Made by a program: the position numbers and the translations under genes
Assembly (NCBI GenBank): GCA_965223545.1
Contig: OZ245006.1
Span: 4,384,001-4,448,000 of the forward strand
Length of the DNA: 64,000 nt
From: Planctomycetota bacterium
Lineage (GTDB): Bacteria; Planctomycetota; UBA1135; UBA2386
Direction of reading: 5' to 3'
The notes under the pieces: model-generated
Seen by the model: only the letters and a program-made list of their open reading frames with translations
The model's database searches: none
What the model was told of the DNA's origin: nothing
Part shown: positions 10,254 through 20,135 of the stretch, piece by piece
Numbering within the stretch: position 1 is the stretch's first letter
Layout of the letters: each line of letters opens with the position of its first letter

Positions 10254-12080
10254 CTACTGCACGCGTACGAACAAGTGGTCGACGGACACCGTGTCCAATG
10301 ACGTGGCGCCGTTCGAGCGATTCGTGTCGACGACGCGGAGCAGCACGTCGCCGCTGAGCGTGTTCGGCAGCGCCACGCTCACGGGATTGCCGAACGCGGT
10401 GTTGGAGATGGTGAGCGCGGTCGTCCAGGACACCTTGCCGCGCTTGTTGGCGGTGCCGTACTCGAACGAGAACTGATCGCCGTCGGCGGACGCCGACTGG
10501 CGGGCCAGCACGAACAAGGTCTTGCTCCCGCTAGTGGGAACGCCGCCGATCACCCACCGATGCTCGAGTTGCGAGGCTTGCTTGCGGCCTCTGCCGGCGT
10601 TGATCTCGGTGACGCTCTGCGACACGCCGTTGGCCGTGTGGGTCGCGGTGAGCCCACCCGCGGCGGTCCCGGTGACCGACTCGTCACTGGTGGCGACGTA
10701 GTCGACGGCGGGGCCGGGCGTCGTCGCCGTGGCGATGTTGGACCACGCGGATGCGCCGATCGCGTTGGCCGCGCGCACCCGGTACCAGAACGTGGTGCTG
10801 CTGGCCAAGCCCGTGTCGATGTAGCTCGTGCTGTTGGGCGGCAGGCTCACCAGCGGCGCGAACACGCTGCCGTCGGTGGACTTCTCCAGCTGGAAGCCGT
10901 CCTCGTTGTTCGAGTTGTCGTCCCAGTCGAGGGCGACCTGGCCGCTGCCGGCCGTCGCCGTCAGATTGGACGGAGCGCTCGGTGCCGAGCTGCCACCGCC
11001 GAGCGCGGCTTGGATCGCCGCCTGCAGGTCGGAGCGGTCGATGCGCGTGCCGTGATTGCCGCCCGACGTGCAACCGGCGTGCGTGTGGATGCCGATCGCA
11101 TTGCCCGTGCCCTCCTGGACGACGGGGGAGCCGGAGTTGCCGCCGGTGGTGTCGGTGATGTAGCGCAAGTACGTCGATGCGATCTGGGTCAGTGCGTCGG
11201 CGTGCGTCTTCTGCACCTGGTTCCACTCCGGAGGCACGGGACTCGACGTGGTGCCGTAGCCGGTGATGCGGATCACCTGTCCCGAGGTGCTGCCGGGCAC
11301 GCTGCCGAGGGCGTACCACGAGCCCTGCGCCTCGCCGGCGTAGAGCCCGGTGTTGCTGTTGCGCACGGTGTTTGCCACCGCCCAGTCGGCGCCGACGCCG
11401 GCGTCGAGCCGCTGCACCGAGCTGGAGTCGTAGGGGTACTGGTCTTCGGGGGCTGGGAAGCGCAGCGAGCCAGAGGACGACGACAACGGCACGTTGAAGT
11501 GGATCTGCTGGTTGGGGTTCGACGTGCAGTGTCCCGCCGTCAGCACCACCGATTCGCTGATCAGCCAGCTGGTGCAGCCGGTGGGATACTGACGCCCCTG
11601 CCGGGGGTCGCTCGACAGCACCCGGTCGTCGGCGCCGCACAGACTGGCGGCCGTGGTCGGGCCGAGCCGGCTGGTTCCGACCCCGACATCGACGCGGGGG
11701 ACGTGCAGGCGGTTGGCGCGGGTGTTGCCGTCGGCGATCAGCTCGATCACCACTTCGTTGCCGTTGAAGTACGCCGACCGGTGGCGATAGTCGGCGAGGC
11801 TGCGCGCGTCGAAGCGCTGGACCGCGCCGTCGGTGGTGGCGACGAGGCGCAGCTCGCTGCCCGGTGGCAGGTTGGTGCCATCCAGGTGCAGGCGGAGCCA
11901 AGCACCGCGGTCGTAGCGCACGACGCCGCGAAACAGCGTCGCTGCGCGAGGACCGTGGTTGGCGAGGTAGCCGGACGAGAGATCGTGAACGCGCGTGTCG
12001 AACACCGCGTCCGCGGTTTGGGCGGGGAGCGTGGCTGCGGCGAGGCAGGCGCCGAGCCCGACGAGGTAGTGCTTTTGCAT
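10254..12080 (-). CDS. Secreted trypsin-like (S1) serine protease with FN3 domain
   Basis: Signal peptide; LTAGHC (His), ADWAV (Asp), GGNSGSP (Ser); FN3 domain PSAPSNLTA...WDDNS...YRVRA. Confidence 0.9.
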   Translation of the reverse strand: MQKHYLVGLGACLAAATLPAQTADAVFDTRVHDLSSGYLANHGPRAATLFRGVVRYDRGAWLRLHLDGTNLPPGSELRLVATTDGAVQRFDARSLADYRHRSAYFNGNEVVIELIADGNTRANRLHVPRVDVGVGTSRLGPTTAASLCGADDRVLSSDPRQGRQYPTGCTSWLISESVVLTAGHCTSNPNQQIHFNVPLSSSSGSLRFPAPEDQYPYDSSSVQRLDAGVGADWAVANTVRNSNTGLYAGEAQGSWYALGSVPGSTSGQVIRITGYGTTSSPVPPEWNQVQKTHADALTQIASTYLRYITDTTGGNSGSPVVQEGTGNAIGIHTHAGCTSGGNHGTRIDRSDLQAAIQAALGGGSSAPSAPSNLTATAGSGQVALDWDDNSNNEDGFQLEKSTDGSVFAPLVSLPPNSTSYIDTGLASSTTFWYRVRAANAIGASAWSNIATATTPGPAVDYVATSDESVTGTAAGGLTATHTANGVSQSVTEINAGRGRKQASQLEHRWVIGGVPTSGSKTLFVLARQSASADGDQFSFEYGTANKRGKVSWTTALTISNTAFGNPVSVALPNTLSGDVLLRVVDTNRSNGATSLDTVSVDHLFVRVQ

Positions 12081-12164
12081 GGGGGACTCCGGCCGTTGCG
12101 GCCAACCGTGACGTTAGGGGCGCGGGTCCGCGGTTTGCATCCGTGGAACCCCGGTGTCGCGGTG

Positions 12165-14600
12165 TCAGCGGGGCACGGCGCCGTCGATGTGCACGGTGTT
12201 GGTGATGCCCGGGCGCAGATCGAGCGGCATGCGGCCGACCTCCTCATGATCTCGGTAGAGCACGAGCTCGGTCGCCAGGTCGGAAGCGCGGTACTCCGGT
12301 GGAGCGGGGGCCACGCGGCCCCGGTGCACGAGGTCTGCGGAGCTGCCCTGACGCACACCGAGATCGTGCGGCGTGCCATCCGCGCGCAAGAGCGCGAACT
12401 CGTCGGCGTGGGTGCCGGCGACGGCGATGTTGCAGGCGCGTCCCACGATCACGCGCAGCGTGCCGTGGTCGCGCAGCTGCCGCGCGACCGTCGCGGCGGC
12501 GACCGAACGAGTGAGAACCCCCTCGCCCATGACCACCAAGCCGACCTCCGCGGCCGGCAGGTCGAGCAGTCGGAAGTTGCCGTCGGCGTCGGTCACCGCC
12601 GGCTCGGTGCCGTGGATGACGAACTCGTGCGTGGTGTCGGCGACGGGGTCGTACATCGTCTCGACCAGCCGGCGGCGGACGACGCGCGCGCCGGCGACCG
12701 GCGCGCCGTGGCGATCGACGATGCCGCCACGGATCGGCGGGTGCGTGGGTTCGGTCCCCGGCGTCAGGACCACCGCGTCGGTGCCGGCGGCGACCGGCCC
12801 GCTGTCGATCAGCGTCATGCGCACGTGATCCAGCGCGCGGATTCGATACTGGCGCGACCGCAGCCCTCGCAGCTCGAACTTCCCGTCGGGTCGGTTGAAG
12901 GTCCGCGGCCACCCATCCGGCGGGTGCCGGACAGCGGCGTACTCCGTGGTGACCGGCTTGCCCTCGACGACGGCGAGCACTTCGAGATCGCGCACCCAGA
13001 TCATCCACTGTCCGCCGCGCTCGGTGGCCTCGACCGTGCCGCGGATGGTCGCGCTCGGCTGCGCCGCCACGAGGGGCGAAAGCACCGGAAGAGCGTCGCC
13101 TCGCCAGCGCAGCGGGGCGCGGCCCGGTGCCGTGACCACGACCTCGTCGCCCGCGGCCGGCCGCGGAATCGAGAACTTGCCGTCGGCGTCGGACGCAAAG
13201 CGCCGGCCGCCACAGAACACCCAAGCTCCACCGATCGGCGAACCCGCCTCGTCGACGAGACGGTTCGACCACGAGTCGATGCCGGTGAGGACGACCTGCA
13301 CGGCCGGTTGTGGGCCCGGCCCGATCGTCGTTTGCCCGGGCGCGTAGCCGCCGCGGTCGACCTCGAGCACGGCGCCGTCGAGATCGGGCGCGCGCGGCCA
13401 CGCGAAGTTGCCGTCGCTATCGGAGTAGGTCTCCGGCTCGCAGGTGAAGGCGTACTCCGCCTCGGTGAGCGGCAAGCTCCAACCGGCCGGCAGTCGCAGC
13501 CGCACGCGCGCCGCCGCGATCCCGATGCCGCGGGAGTCGAGCACGCGGCCGGCGAGGGACCTGCTCTTCGCGACGACGACGCGGGTCGAGTGGGGAGGCG
13601 GCAGCCGGCTGACGACCCCGGCGACCACCGTGACCCAGCGCGGGTCGTCGGCCAGAAGCCAGCCCGACGTCGGCGGCGCGGCGGTCGCGAAGGTGCCGTC
13701 CTCCGCGGTGCTGATCGGGATCGACGCCGGGTCGGGTCCGGCATCCGCCTCGGAGTTGATGAAGCCCGCGGGGCAGCGCTCGGTGAAGCGCAGCTGCAGC
13801 GCGCCGGCGGGGCGACCGCCGAGGTCGATGGCGGTGCCTCGGAACGCCGCCGCAACCGCGGTGACCCCGTCGCTCGCATTGGCGTCCGCGGGCGGCCGGT
13901 CGACCGCCCGGCGCTCGATGCCCTCCGCGCGCGCGGATTCGCGCCCTGGCGTGGACTCTCCGGCGTTCCGTGCCGGGCTGCGGATCGGCGCGCCCGCCGG
14001 CCACGTCATCAGAGTCCCGATCCCCGCCAGCGTGGCCGCCGCCAACGCGCCGAGTGGTGCCCGGCGAGAGCCGGTCGTCCGTCGCCACCACCCGATTGCG
14101 CGCGGTCGCCGTTCGCGGCGGCGGTCGACCCGGCTGCGCAGCCGCACGAGCGCTCGGTAGAGCCTCGACTGCACCGTGCGCACCGGCAGGTCGAGGCGCG
14201 CCGCGATCTGCCGGGGAGGCAAGTCCTGGCGGTAGCGCAGGTCGAGAATCTGCCGGTCCGCGGCCGACAGGCCGCCGCAGGCCTGGGCGATGCGATCGAT
14301 GACATCGTCGTCGGCGCCGCCGCTCGCCGTGGCCGGAGGAGCCATCAGGCGGGCGTAGTCGGTCTCGTGCCGGGTGCGCCGCGCGCGGCTGCGGTGGTGG
14401 CGCGCGGCGATGCGGCGCAAGACGCTGCGCGCCCACGCGACCGCCGCCCGCGGGTTGGTGGGTGGTTGTCGCAGGGCCGCAATCATCAGCTCCTGCGCTG
14501 CCTCGTCGATGGCATCCCGGTCCCGCACGAGCCGCGCCGCGAGCGAGCGATAGTGGCGCCAGGCGGCTTGGCCGTCGTCGTGCGTGGGGGGGATTGCCAT
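12165..14600 (-). CDS. ECF sigma factor fused to a TM helix and carboxypeptidase-regulatory-like (Ig-fold) repeats
   Basis: Region 2 (DEAAQEL...WARSVLRR), region 4 (LRYRQDL...IAARLDLPVRTVQSRLYRAL), hydrophobic segment, then GRVLDSRG/TDADGNF repeats; ATG 14600. Confidence 0.85.
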   Translation of the reverse strand: MAIPPTHDDGQAAWRHYRSLAARLVRDRDAIDEAAQELMIAALRQPPTNPRAAVAWARSVLRRIAARHHRSRARRTRHETDYARLMAPPATASGGADDDVIDRIAQACGGLSAADRQILDLRYRQDLPPRQIAARLDLPVRTVQSRLYRALVRLRSRVDRRRERRPRAIGWWRRTTGSRRAPLGALAAATLAGIGTLMTWPAGAPIRSPARNAGESTPGRESARAEGIERRAVDRPPADANASDGVTAVAAAFRGTAIDLGGRPAGALQLRFTERCPAGFINSEADAGPDPASIPISTAEDGTFATAAPPTSGWLLADDPRWVTVVAGVVSRLPPPHSTRVVVAKSRSLAGRVLDSRGIGIAAARVRLRLPAGWSLPLTEAEYAFTCEPETYSDSDGNFAWPRAPDLDGAVLEVDRGGYAPGQTTIGPGPQPAVQVVLTGIDSWSNRLVDEAGSPIGGAWVFCGGRRFASDADGKFSIPRPAAGDEVVVTAPGRAPLRWRGDALPVLSPLVAAQPSATIRGTVEATERGGQWMIWVRDLEVLAVVEGKPVTTEYAAVRHPPDGWPRTFNRPDGKFELRGLRSRQYRIRALDHVRMTLIDSGPVAAGTDAVVLTPGTEPTHPPIRGGIVDRHGAPVAGARVVRRRLVETMYDPVADTTHEFVIHGTEPAVTDADGNFRLLDLPAAEVGLVVMGEGVLTRSVAAATVARQLRDHGTLRVIVGRACNIAVAGTHADEFALLRADGTPHDLGVRQGSSADLVHRGRVAPAPPEYRASDLATELVLYRDHEEVGRMPLDLRPGITNTVHIDGAVPR

Positions 14601-14826
14601 GACCTCTCTCGCGCTCAGTTCCCGCGGCGACCGGATCCACTGCCCCGAACCCGGCCATTTTTGCCGCGCGGTGGCCGCGGCGGGGGGGCTCGTCGATGGA
14701 CACGCCTGTCCGAACGGCGGACGGTGCGGTGGCTTGGCGATCGCGGTCGACGATGGAGCAACTCGCATACCGCCGGGCGCCAGACGGGTTGAGCGCGGGG
14801 CAGAAGCGGATAGCATCGCGCTGCCA

Positions 14827-16851
14827 ATGAGTGCGGAGGATCTGGCGGGGAAGCAAGCGGCGCTGGCGCGGTTGACGCGGTCGGCGGTGTGGGGGCGCGG
14901 CGATCTCGAGCACGTCCTCCGGGAGATCACCGAGACCGCCGCCGACGTGATCGAGGTCACGCGCGTCGGCGTTTGGCTGTTCGAGGAGGGGCGTTCGGCG
15001 ATCCGTTGCCGTGACCTCTGGCAGCAACCCGAGCGCTTGCACTCGCAGGGCGCGCTGGTCGAAGCCCGTGATTATCCGCGCTACTTCGCGGCACTCGAAG
15101 AGGAGCGGACCATCGCCGCCCACGACGCGCACCGTGATCCACGCACCGCGGAGCTGTCCGCTGGCTACCTGACCGAGTACGGGGTTTCGTCGCTGATCGA
15201 CGCCCCGATCGTCGTCGAAGGTCGTTGCGTCGGGGTCGTCTGCCACGAGCACGTCGGGCCGCCGCGGCGATGGCGGCGCGAGGACGAGTTGCTGGCCGGC
15301 TCGCTCGCCGACGTCGTCGCGCTCGCGCTCGAGGTCTCGCGGGTGCGCTCGGCCGAAGCACGCGCGGGTCGGTTGGCGGAGGAGCTGCGCGTGGCGTTGC
15401 GCGCCGCCGGCATGGGGGTCTGGCGGTGGGAGCTGCGCACCGGTCGGCTCAGCTTCGGTGATGAGGTCGCCGCCATCTTCGAGCGCCAGCCCGACGACAT
15501 GCCGCGCTGCGTGGCCGAGTTCATGGAGCACGTGGAGGCAGCCGATCGCGAGCACCTCGCCCGCATGCTGGATGCAGCCGTGGAAGGCAAGCAGACCGAT
15601 TGTTGGACAGAGTGTCGCATCTCGGCGCCGGATGGCGGAGTGCGTTGGGCGCGGGCGCAGGGCCGGCTCGTGCTCGGCGAGGACGGCCGCCCCGAGCGGG
15701 TGGTCGGGGTGGTCAGCGATGTGACCGAGCGCAAGCTGTTCGACCAGCGGCTGGCGCGGACCCAGCGGCTCGAGGAGGTCGGCCAGCTCGCGGGTGGAGT
15801 CGCGCACGACTTCAACAATCTGCTGACCGTGATCCGCGGCAATCTCTCGCTGTTGCGCGACGGCGATGGGGCGTTGTCGCCGGAGCTGACCGACATCGAA
15901 GACGCGGCGCGCCGGGGCAGTCAGCTGACGTCGCAGCTGCTGTCGTTCGCCAGTCGGCAGCCGGTCGAGCCGCGCGCGATCGACGTCAATGCGCAGATGC
16001 GTGCGGTGTTCGGCATGCTCCACCGGCTGATCGGCGAGCGGATTCGGGTGCGGATGGAGCATTGTGCCGACCCGGCCGTGGTGCGCATCGATCCGGGCCA
16101 ACTCGAGCAGGTGCTGGTCAATCTGGCAGTCAACGCGCGCGACGCCCTGCCCAATGGCGGCGATCTGACCCTGCGCACGTCGGTGTCGGAGCGGCCGCGC
16201 CGGGTGGTGATCACCGTCAGCGACAACGGCATCGGCATTCCGGCCGACGTGCTGTCCCGCGTCTGCGAGCCGTTCTTCACCACCAAGCGCGTCGGGCAGG
16301 GCACCGGCCTGGGGCTGTCGACCTGCTTCGGGATCATCCGTCAAGCGGGCGGCGAGCTGAACATCGAGAGCGAGCCTGGCCGCGGCACTACTGTCGAAGT
16401 CTGGTTGCCACGCATCCTCGAGCCCGCCGATCCCGCCACCCACCGTTCCGGGCGGCGCTCGGTCGAGGAGTTCGGCCGCGGGGTTCGCGTGCTCGTCGTC
16501 GAGGACGAGGACGCGGTGCGGCGTTCGGTCCTGGCAGCTCTGCAGAGCGCCGGCTTCGACGTCGAGGCGGCGAGCGACGGCGATGCCGCTCTCGGCCGCA
16601 TCGATTCCTCGCCGCCGCACATGATCGTCACCGACTGCGTGATGCCAGGAATCGCCGGCCGCGCGCTGGTCGACGAAGTGCGCCGCCGCCTGGGCCGCGA
16701 AGTGCCGGCGCTGTTCGTCTCCGGCTACTCCGACGAGGCGCGCACCGGCGCCGAGAGCGAGCAGTGGCTGGCCAAACCGTTCGATGGCGAGGGGCTGCTG
16801 CGCGCGGTCCGCACGCTGTACGAGCGTTGTGTGCTGGATCCGCGCGGCTGA
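14827..16851 (+). CDS. Hybrid sensor histidine kinase (GAF-PAS-HisKA-HATPase-REC)
   Basis: GAF (YPRYF...DAP...GVVCHEH), PAS, AHDFNNLL, NLAVNARDA, GTGLGL, receiver VLVVEDE...TDCVMPG...AKPF. Confidence 0.95.
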   Translation: MSAEDLAGKQAALARLTRSAVWGRGDLEHVLREITETAADVIEVTRVGVWLFEEGRSAIRCRDLWQQPERLHSQGALVEARDYPRYFAALEEERTIAAHDAHRDPRTAELSAGYLTEYGVSSLIDAPIVVEGRCVGVVCHEHVGPPRRWRREDELLAGSLADVVALALEVSRVRSAEARAGRLAEELRVALRAAGMGVWRWELRTGRLSFGDEVAAIFERQPDDMPRCVAEFMEHVEAADREHLARMLDAAVEGKQTDCWTECRISAPDGGVRWARAQGRLVLGEDGRPERVVGVVSDVTERKLFDQRLARTQRLEEVGQLAGGVAHDFNNLLTVIRGNLSLLRDGDGALSPELTDIEDAARRGSQLTSQLLSFASRQPVEPRAIDVNAQMRAVFGMLHRLIGERIRVRMEHCADPAVVRIDPGQLEQVLVNLAVNARDALPNGGDLTLRTSVSERPRRVVITVSDNGIGIPADVLSRVCEPFFTTKRVGQGTGLGLSTCFGIIRQAGGELNIESEPGRGTTVEVWLPRILEPADPATHRSGRRSVEEFGRGVRVLVVEDEDAVRRSVLAALQSAGFDVEAASDGDAALGRIDSSPPHMIVTDCVMPGIAGRALVDEVRRRLGREVPALFVSGYSDEARTGAESEQWLAKPFDGEGLLRAVRTLYERCVLDPRG

Positions 16852-16920
16852 CTTCCCGGCGGAGTAATTTCGGCTCGGCCTGCTACCTTGGCGGCGGCGT
16901 TTTCTCGGACCTCGCAATCG

Positions 16921-18189
16921 ATGTCTCCCACCCGCAAAGACAGTTCCGCAGCCTGCCGGGCGGGTTCCGGCAGTCCCCTGGTGCACCGCTCGGTCGCCGA
17001 AGTGAACGGCTTGGACCGGCTGCTCGAGTCCTGCCTGCCCAGCTTCGGCGGCGGTTATCTGCGCCGGGTCTTTGCGCTGCTCGACGAGGCGATCGGCAAG
17101 GGCGTGCCGATGACCTTGGCGGTGGCCGGGCCGGTCACGGCGTCGGGCCAGCACCTGGCCTGGCTCAACCCGCTGCTCGACACCGGGTGGTTCTGCTTGC
17201 TGTCGACGACCGACGCCGTCTGCTACCACGACGGTCACCGCGCCCTGGACGACGCGGTGGAGCATCCCTTCCACGAGGTGGCGATCTTCGGTGACGACGG
17301 CGCGCTCCGCGACGAGCGGACCATCCGGATCACCGACGTCGGTTTCGATGAAGACGTGCTGCTCGGCCAGGACCGCTTCATCTCGGCGTGTCTGCGCCAG
17401 CCGGAGTTTCAGCGCAAGATGACCGGCACCGAGATGCGCAACCTGCTCGGTCATCGCTACGCCCGGCAAGAGCGGCGCAACGGGGCGCCGGAGGGGCTGC
17501 TCGCCCTGTGCGCGCGCAAGGCGATCCCGATCTTCGTCGGGGCACCGGCCGACGGCTCGGTCTTCCTCAACTCGATGAAGCTGTGGGCGATGCAGCGCGC
17601 CGGTAGCGCGGCGTTCGACTTCGAGCTGGACCTCAACCGCGAGGTGTTCGAGAGCTGTGCCTACCACTGGTGGGGGCTCCGCCACTCGGACACGCGGGCG
17701 CTCGGCACGCTGGTGCTCGGCGGCGGCGTGCCCAAGAACTTCAACCTGCAGCCCGAGCCGGCGCTGAGCCAGATCCTCGGTCTCGACGAGGTCAGCGGCT
17801 ACCTCTACGACATCCAGATCACCAGTGCGCCGGTCACCGATGGCTCGCTGTCGTCGTGCCCGCCCGCCGAGGCCGTGACTTGGGGCAAGGTCGACAAGGA
17901 CGAGTACCGGCGCACGTGCGAGTCGATGCAGGCCGACTACTCGATGGTGATGCCGCTGCTGACCAAAGCGCTGCTCGAGCGGCGCGCGCGGCTGGCCGCG
18001 CTCGAGGACGAGCTCGGGCGGGAGACGTTGCTCGAGCGCCACCCCGAGGCGGCCGGCTACTTGCGGCCGACGGCCGGCTACCGGCTGTTCGAGCAGCGCG
18101 ACGCGCTGATGCGCGAGCTCGATGGGCAAGTCGCCGCGCACTTGTCGGCGCTGGAGGCGACGTGCGACTACCCGCTCGCCGCCGACTGA
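16921..18189 (+). CDS. Deoxyhypusine synthase-like protein (probable homospermidine synthesis)
   Basis: PIFVGAPADGS, GGGVPKNF, DGSLSSCPPAEAVTWGK (catalytic Lys motif of the DHS family). Confidence 0.9.
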   Translation: MSPTRKDSSAACRAGSGSPLVHRSVAEVNGLDRLLESCLPSFGGGYLRRVFALLDEAIGKGVPMTLAVAGPVTASGQHLAWLNPLLDTGWFCLLSTTDAVCYHDGHRALDDAVEHPFHEVAIFGDDGALRDERTIRITDVGFDEDVLLGQDRFISACLRQPEFQRKMTGTEMRNLLGHRYARQERRNGAPEGLLALCARKAIPIFVGAPADGSVFLNSMKLWAMQRAGSAAFDFELDLNREVFESCAYHWWGLRHSDTRALGTLVLGGGVPKNFNLQPEPALSQILGLDEVSGYLYDIQITSAPVTDGSLSSCPPAEAVTWGKVDKDEYRRTCESMQADYSMVMPLLTKALLERRARLAALEDELGRETLLERHPEAAGYLRPTAGYRLFEQRDALMRELDGQVAAHLSALEATCDYPLAAD

Positions 18190-18221
18190 CGCGGACCGCG
18201 CCCGCCGCGTTGGTGCTCGCG

Positions 18222-20135
18222 ATGGCCGCCGCGGCATGGCCGGTTGTGGGGCAGCAGCCGGTCGAGTTCGAAGTGCAGAGCGCGGCGCCGCTCGCGCGGC
18301 GCGCGGTGGTGCGCGTGTCGCTGCCGTTCGCCCGCGGCGTGTTGCCGTCGGCCGGCGCGGTCGTGCTCGATGTCGACCCGCCGGGCACGCCACCGTGGCC
18401 GGCTCGACCGCTGCTGTGTTGGCCGGACGGTTCGATCGCGGTGTTGCAGGCGCACGTGCGGCTGGAGCTGCCGGCGCGCGGCGTGCTGCACGCGGTCGCG
18501 CGACCGGTGGACCGGGCGCCCGGCTTGCCGGGTCCGCCGCCGCCGGATTCGAGCGGCCCGGCGCTGGTGCCGGTCTGGACCGAAGTCGAGGACCCGTGGG
18601 GGCGGACCTACGTCGCTCGGTGGCCGACCGCGACGCCCGTCGACGACCTCAGCTCGCGCATGGTGCGGGTCTACCGGATCCGGGCGGTGCACGAACGCGA
18701 CGGCGTCGCGTTCCTCGGCCTGACCGGCTTCTGGGTGTCGGTGCCGGCCGAACGGCGGGTCGAGCTGACGCTGGTGCTCGACAACGCCGCCGCCGTGGAC
18801 GCGACCGGACCCGTGCTCGGACCGGTGCGGCTGCGCCGCTTCTCGTTTGCGTGCGGGGCTCGGGACACGGTCATCCGGCCCCGCTTCGCGCGCGCCAACG
18901 CGCTGCGCGCCGGGCCCGCGCCCACCGCCGATGGCCAGCGGCTCGATCTGCTGGGACCGTCCGACCAGATCTACCTCGGCGATCGCACCGGCAAGGCGTT
19001 TCGCGTCGACCTCGACCTGCGCGGGCGTGGGCTCGACCCCGGGGGGCCACTGCGGCCGCTGCCCGCGCTGGCGGCTGTGCGCAGATCGCGCGCGTTCGGC
19101 GCGCACGGCGGTCCCGGCCCGGCCGGTGCGGACGCGGCGGCCACGCGGCCGCCGCGCCAACACGGCGAGGGCGGGACGGGACCGTTCGGCGGCCACGGCG
19201 ATCCGCCCGACGCGGCCGCGCAGGGCACGCCCCGCAATGCCGCGAGCGCGCTGCACAACGTCTTGCGCTGGCGGTCGACCGCGCTGCTCGCGCGCGCAGA
19301 GGCCGCGGTGTTGCAGCAAACGCTGCGCCCGACACCGGGGGCCACGCCGCGGTCGCCGGCGCGCACCGCCCCGCTGCGGGCGGGCCTGACGCAGCGCGCG
19401 GTGCGCCGCCCGCATGGCTTCACCGCGCTCGACTACGAGCACTTCTCCGTCGATCTGCTGTACGACTACTACTGGCTCACCGGCGACCCGCTCGCGCGGG
19501 CCGAGCTGCGCCGCGCGGGCTCCGGCCTGCTGGCCGTGCTCGAGGGTGCCGCGTTTCCGACCTGCCGCGGCGAGGGCTGGTGCCTGCAGGCCGCGGTGCT
19601 GATCGCGCGGGCGACCGGCGACCGCGAGCTGCTGCGCGGCGTGCGCCGCCGCTACGTCGAGCGCATCGCGCCGTCGATCGCGGCGGCACCCGCCGGCACG
19701 GTGCTGCCGCAGCCCGGCCACCCGCGGGCGTTCGGGCCGCTCGAGAGGTTCGACTCCCCGTGGCAGATGGCAGCCCTGGTGCACGGCCTGCACGCGCTTT
19801 GGCGGGAGACTGAAGAGCCGGGCTGTCTTCCTGCGGTCGAGCGATCCGCCGATATCATGGTCGGCTCGGGCTGGCTCGACGGGGTCGGGCCGAAGGCTTT
19901 GGTCAGCGCGGCCGATCCGAGTCGATATACCCTTCCAGTGGGATACGGGTCTTTGGAAGGAACCGCGCTGTTGCAAGCCGGCGGGATGGTGCTGGCCGCC
20001 GAGATGGTCGCCGACCGTTCCACCCGGCGTCGGCTCTGGCGGCGGGCGGATCGCATCGTCGGGGCGGTGGAGGATCCGCACGCCGGCGCCCACCGCTGGT
20101 TGCAGCTCTACTTCGACCGGGCGGAGGCGCGGTGA
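18222..20135 (+). CDS. Secreted hypothetical protein, possibly PcRGLX/YetA-like (lyase-like barrel)
   Basis: N-terminal PFARG...WPDGS motif; C-terminal helical region with DYEH...YYWLTGD...RGEG...PWQ. Start uncertain (18186-18222). Confidence 0.65.
   Translation: MAAAAWPVVGQQPVEFEVQSAAPLARRAVVRVSLPFARGVLPSAGAVVLDVDPPGTPPWPARPLLCWPDGSIAVLQAHVRLELPARGVLHAVARPVDRAPGLPGPPPPDSSGPALVPVWTEVEDPWGRTYVARWPTATPVDDLSSRMVRVYRIRAVHERDGVAFLGLTGFWVSVPAERRVELTLVLDNAAAVDATGPVLGPVRLRRFSFACGARDTVIRPRFARANALRAGPAPTADGQRLDLLGPSDQIYLGDRTGKAFRVDLDLRGRGLDPGGPLRPLPALAAVRRSRAFGAHGGPGPAGADAAATRPPRQHGEGGTGPFGGHGDPPDAAAQGTPRNAASALHNVLRWRSTALLARAEAAVLQQTLRPTPGATPRSPARTAPLRAGLTQRAVRRPHGFTALDYEHFSVDLLYDYYWLTGDPLARAELRRAGSGLLAVLEGAAFPTCRGEGWCLQAAVLIARATGDRELLRGVRRRYVERIAPSIAAAPAGTVLPQPGHPRAFGPLERFDSPWQMAALVHGLHALWRETEEPGCLPAVERSADIMVGSGWLDGVGPKALVSAADPSRYTLPVGYGSLEGTALLQAGGMVLAAEMVADRSTRRRLWRRADRIVGAVEDPHAGAHRWLQLYFDRAEAR

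Noticed and set aside
12081..12164. ECF promoter (GCAAAC...CGTCA) upstream of the protease
   Set aside because: The spacer is 19 nt, longer than typical, and there is no second example to support it.
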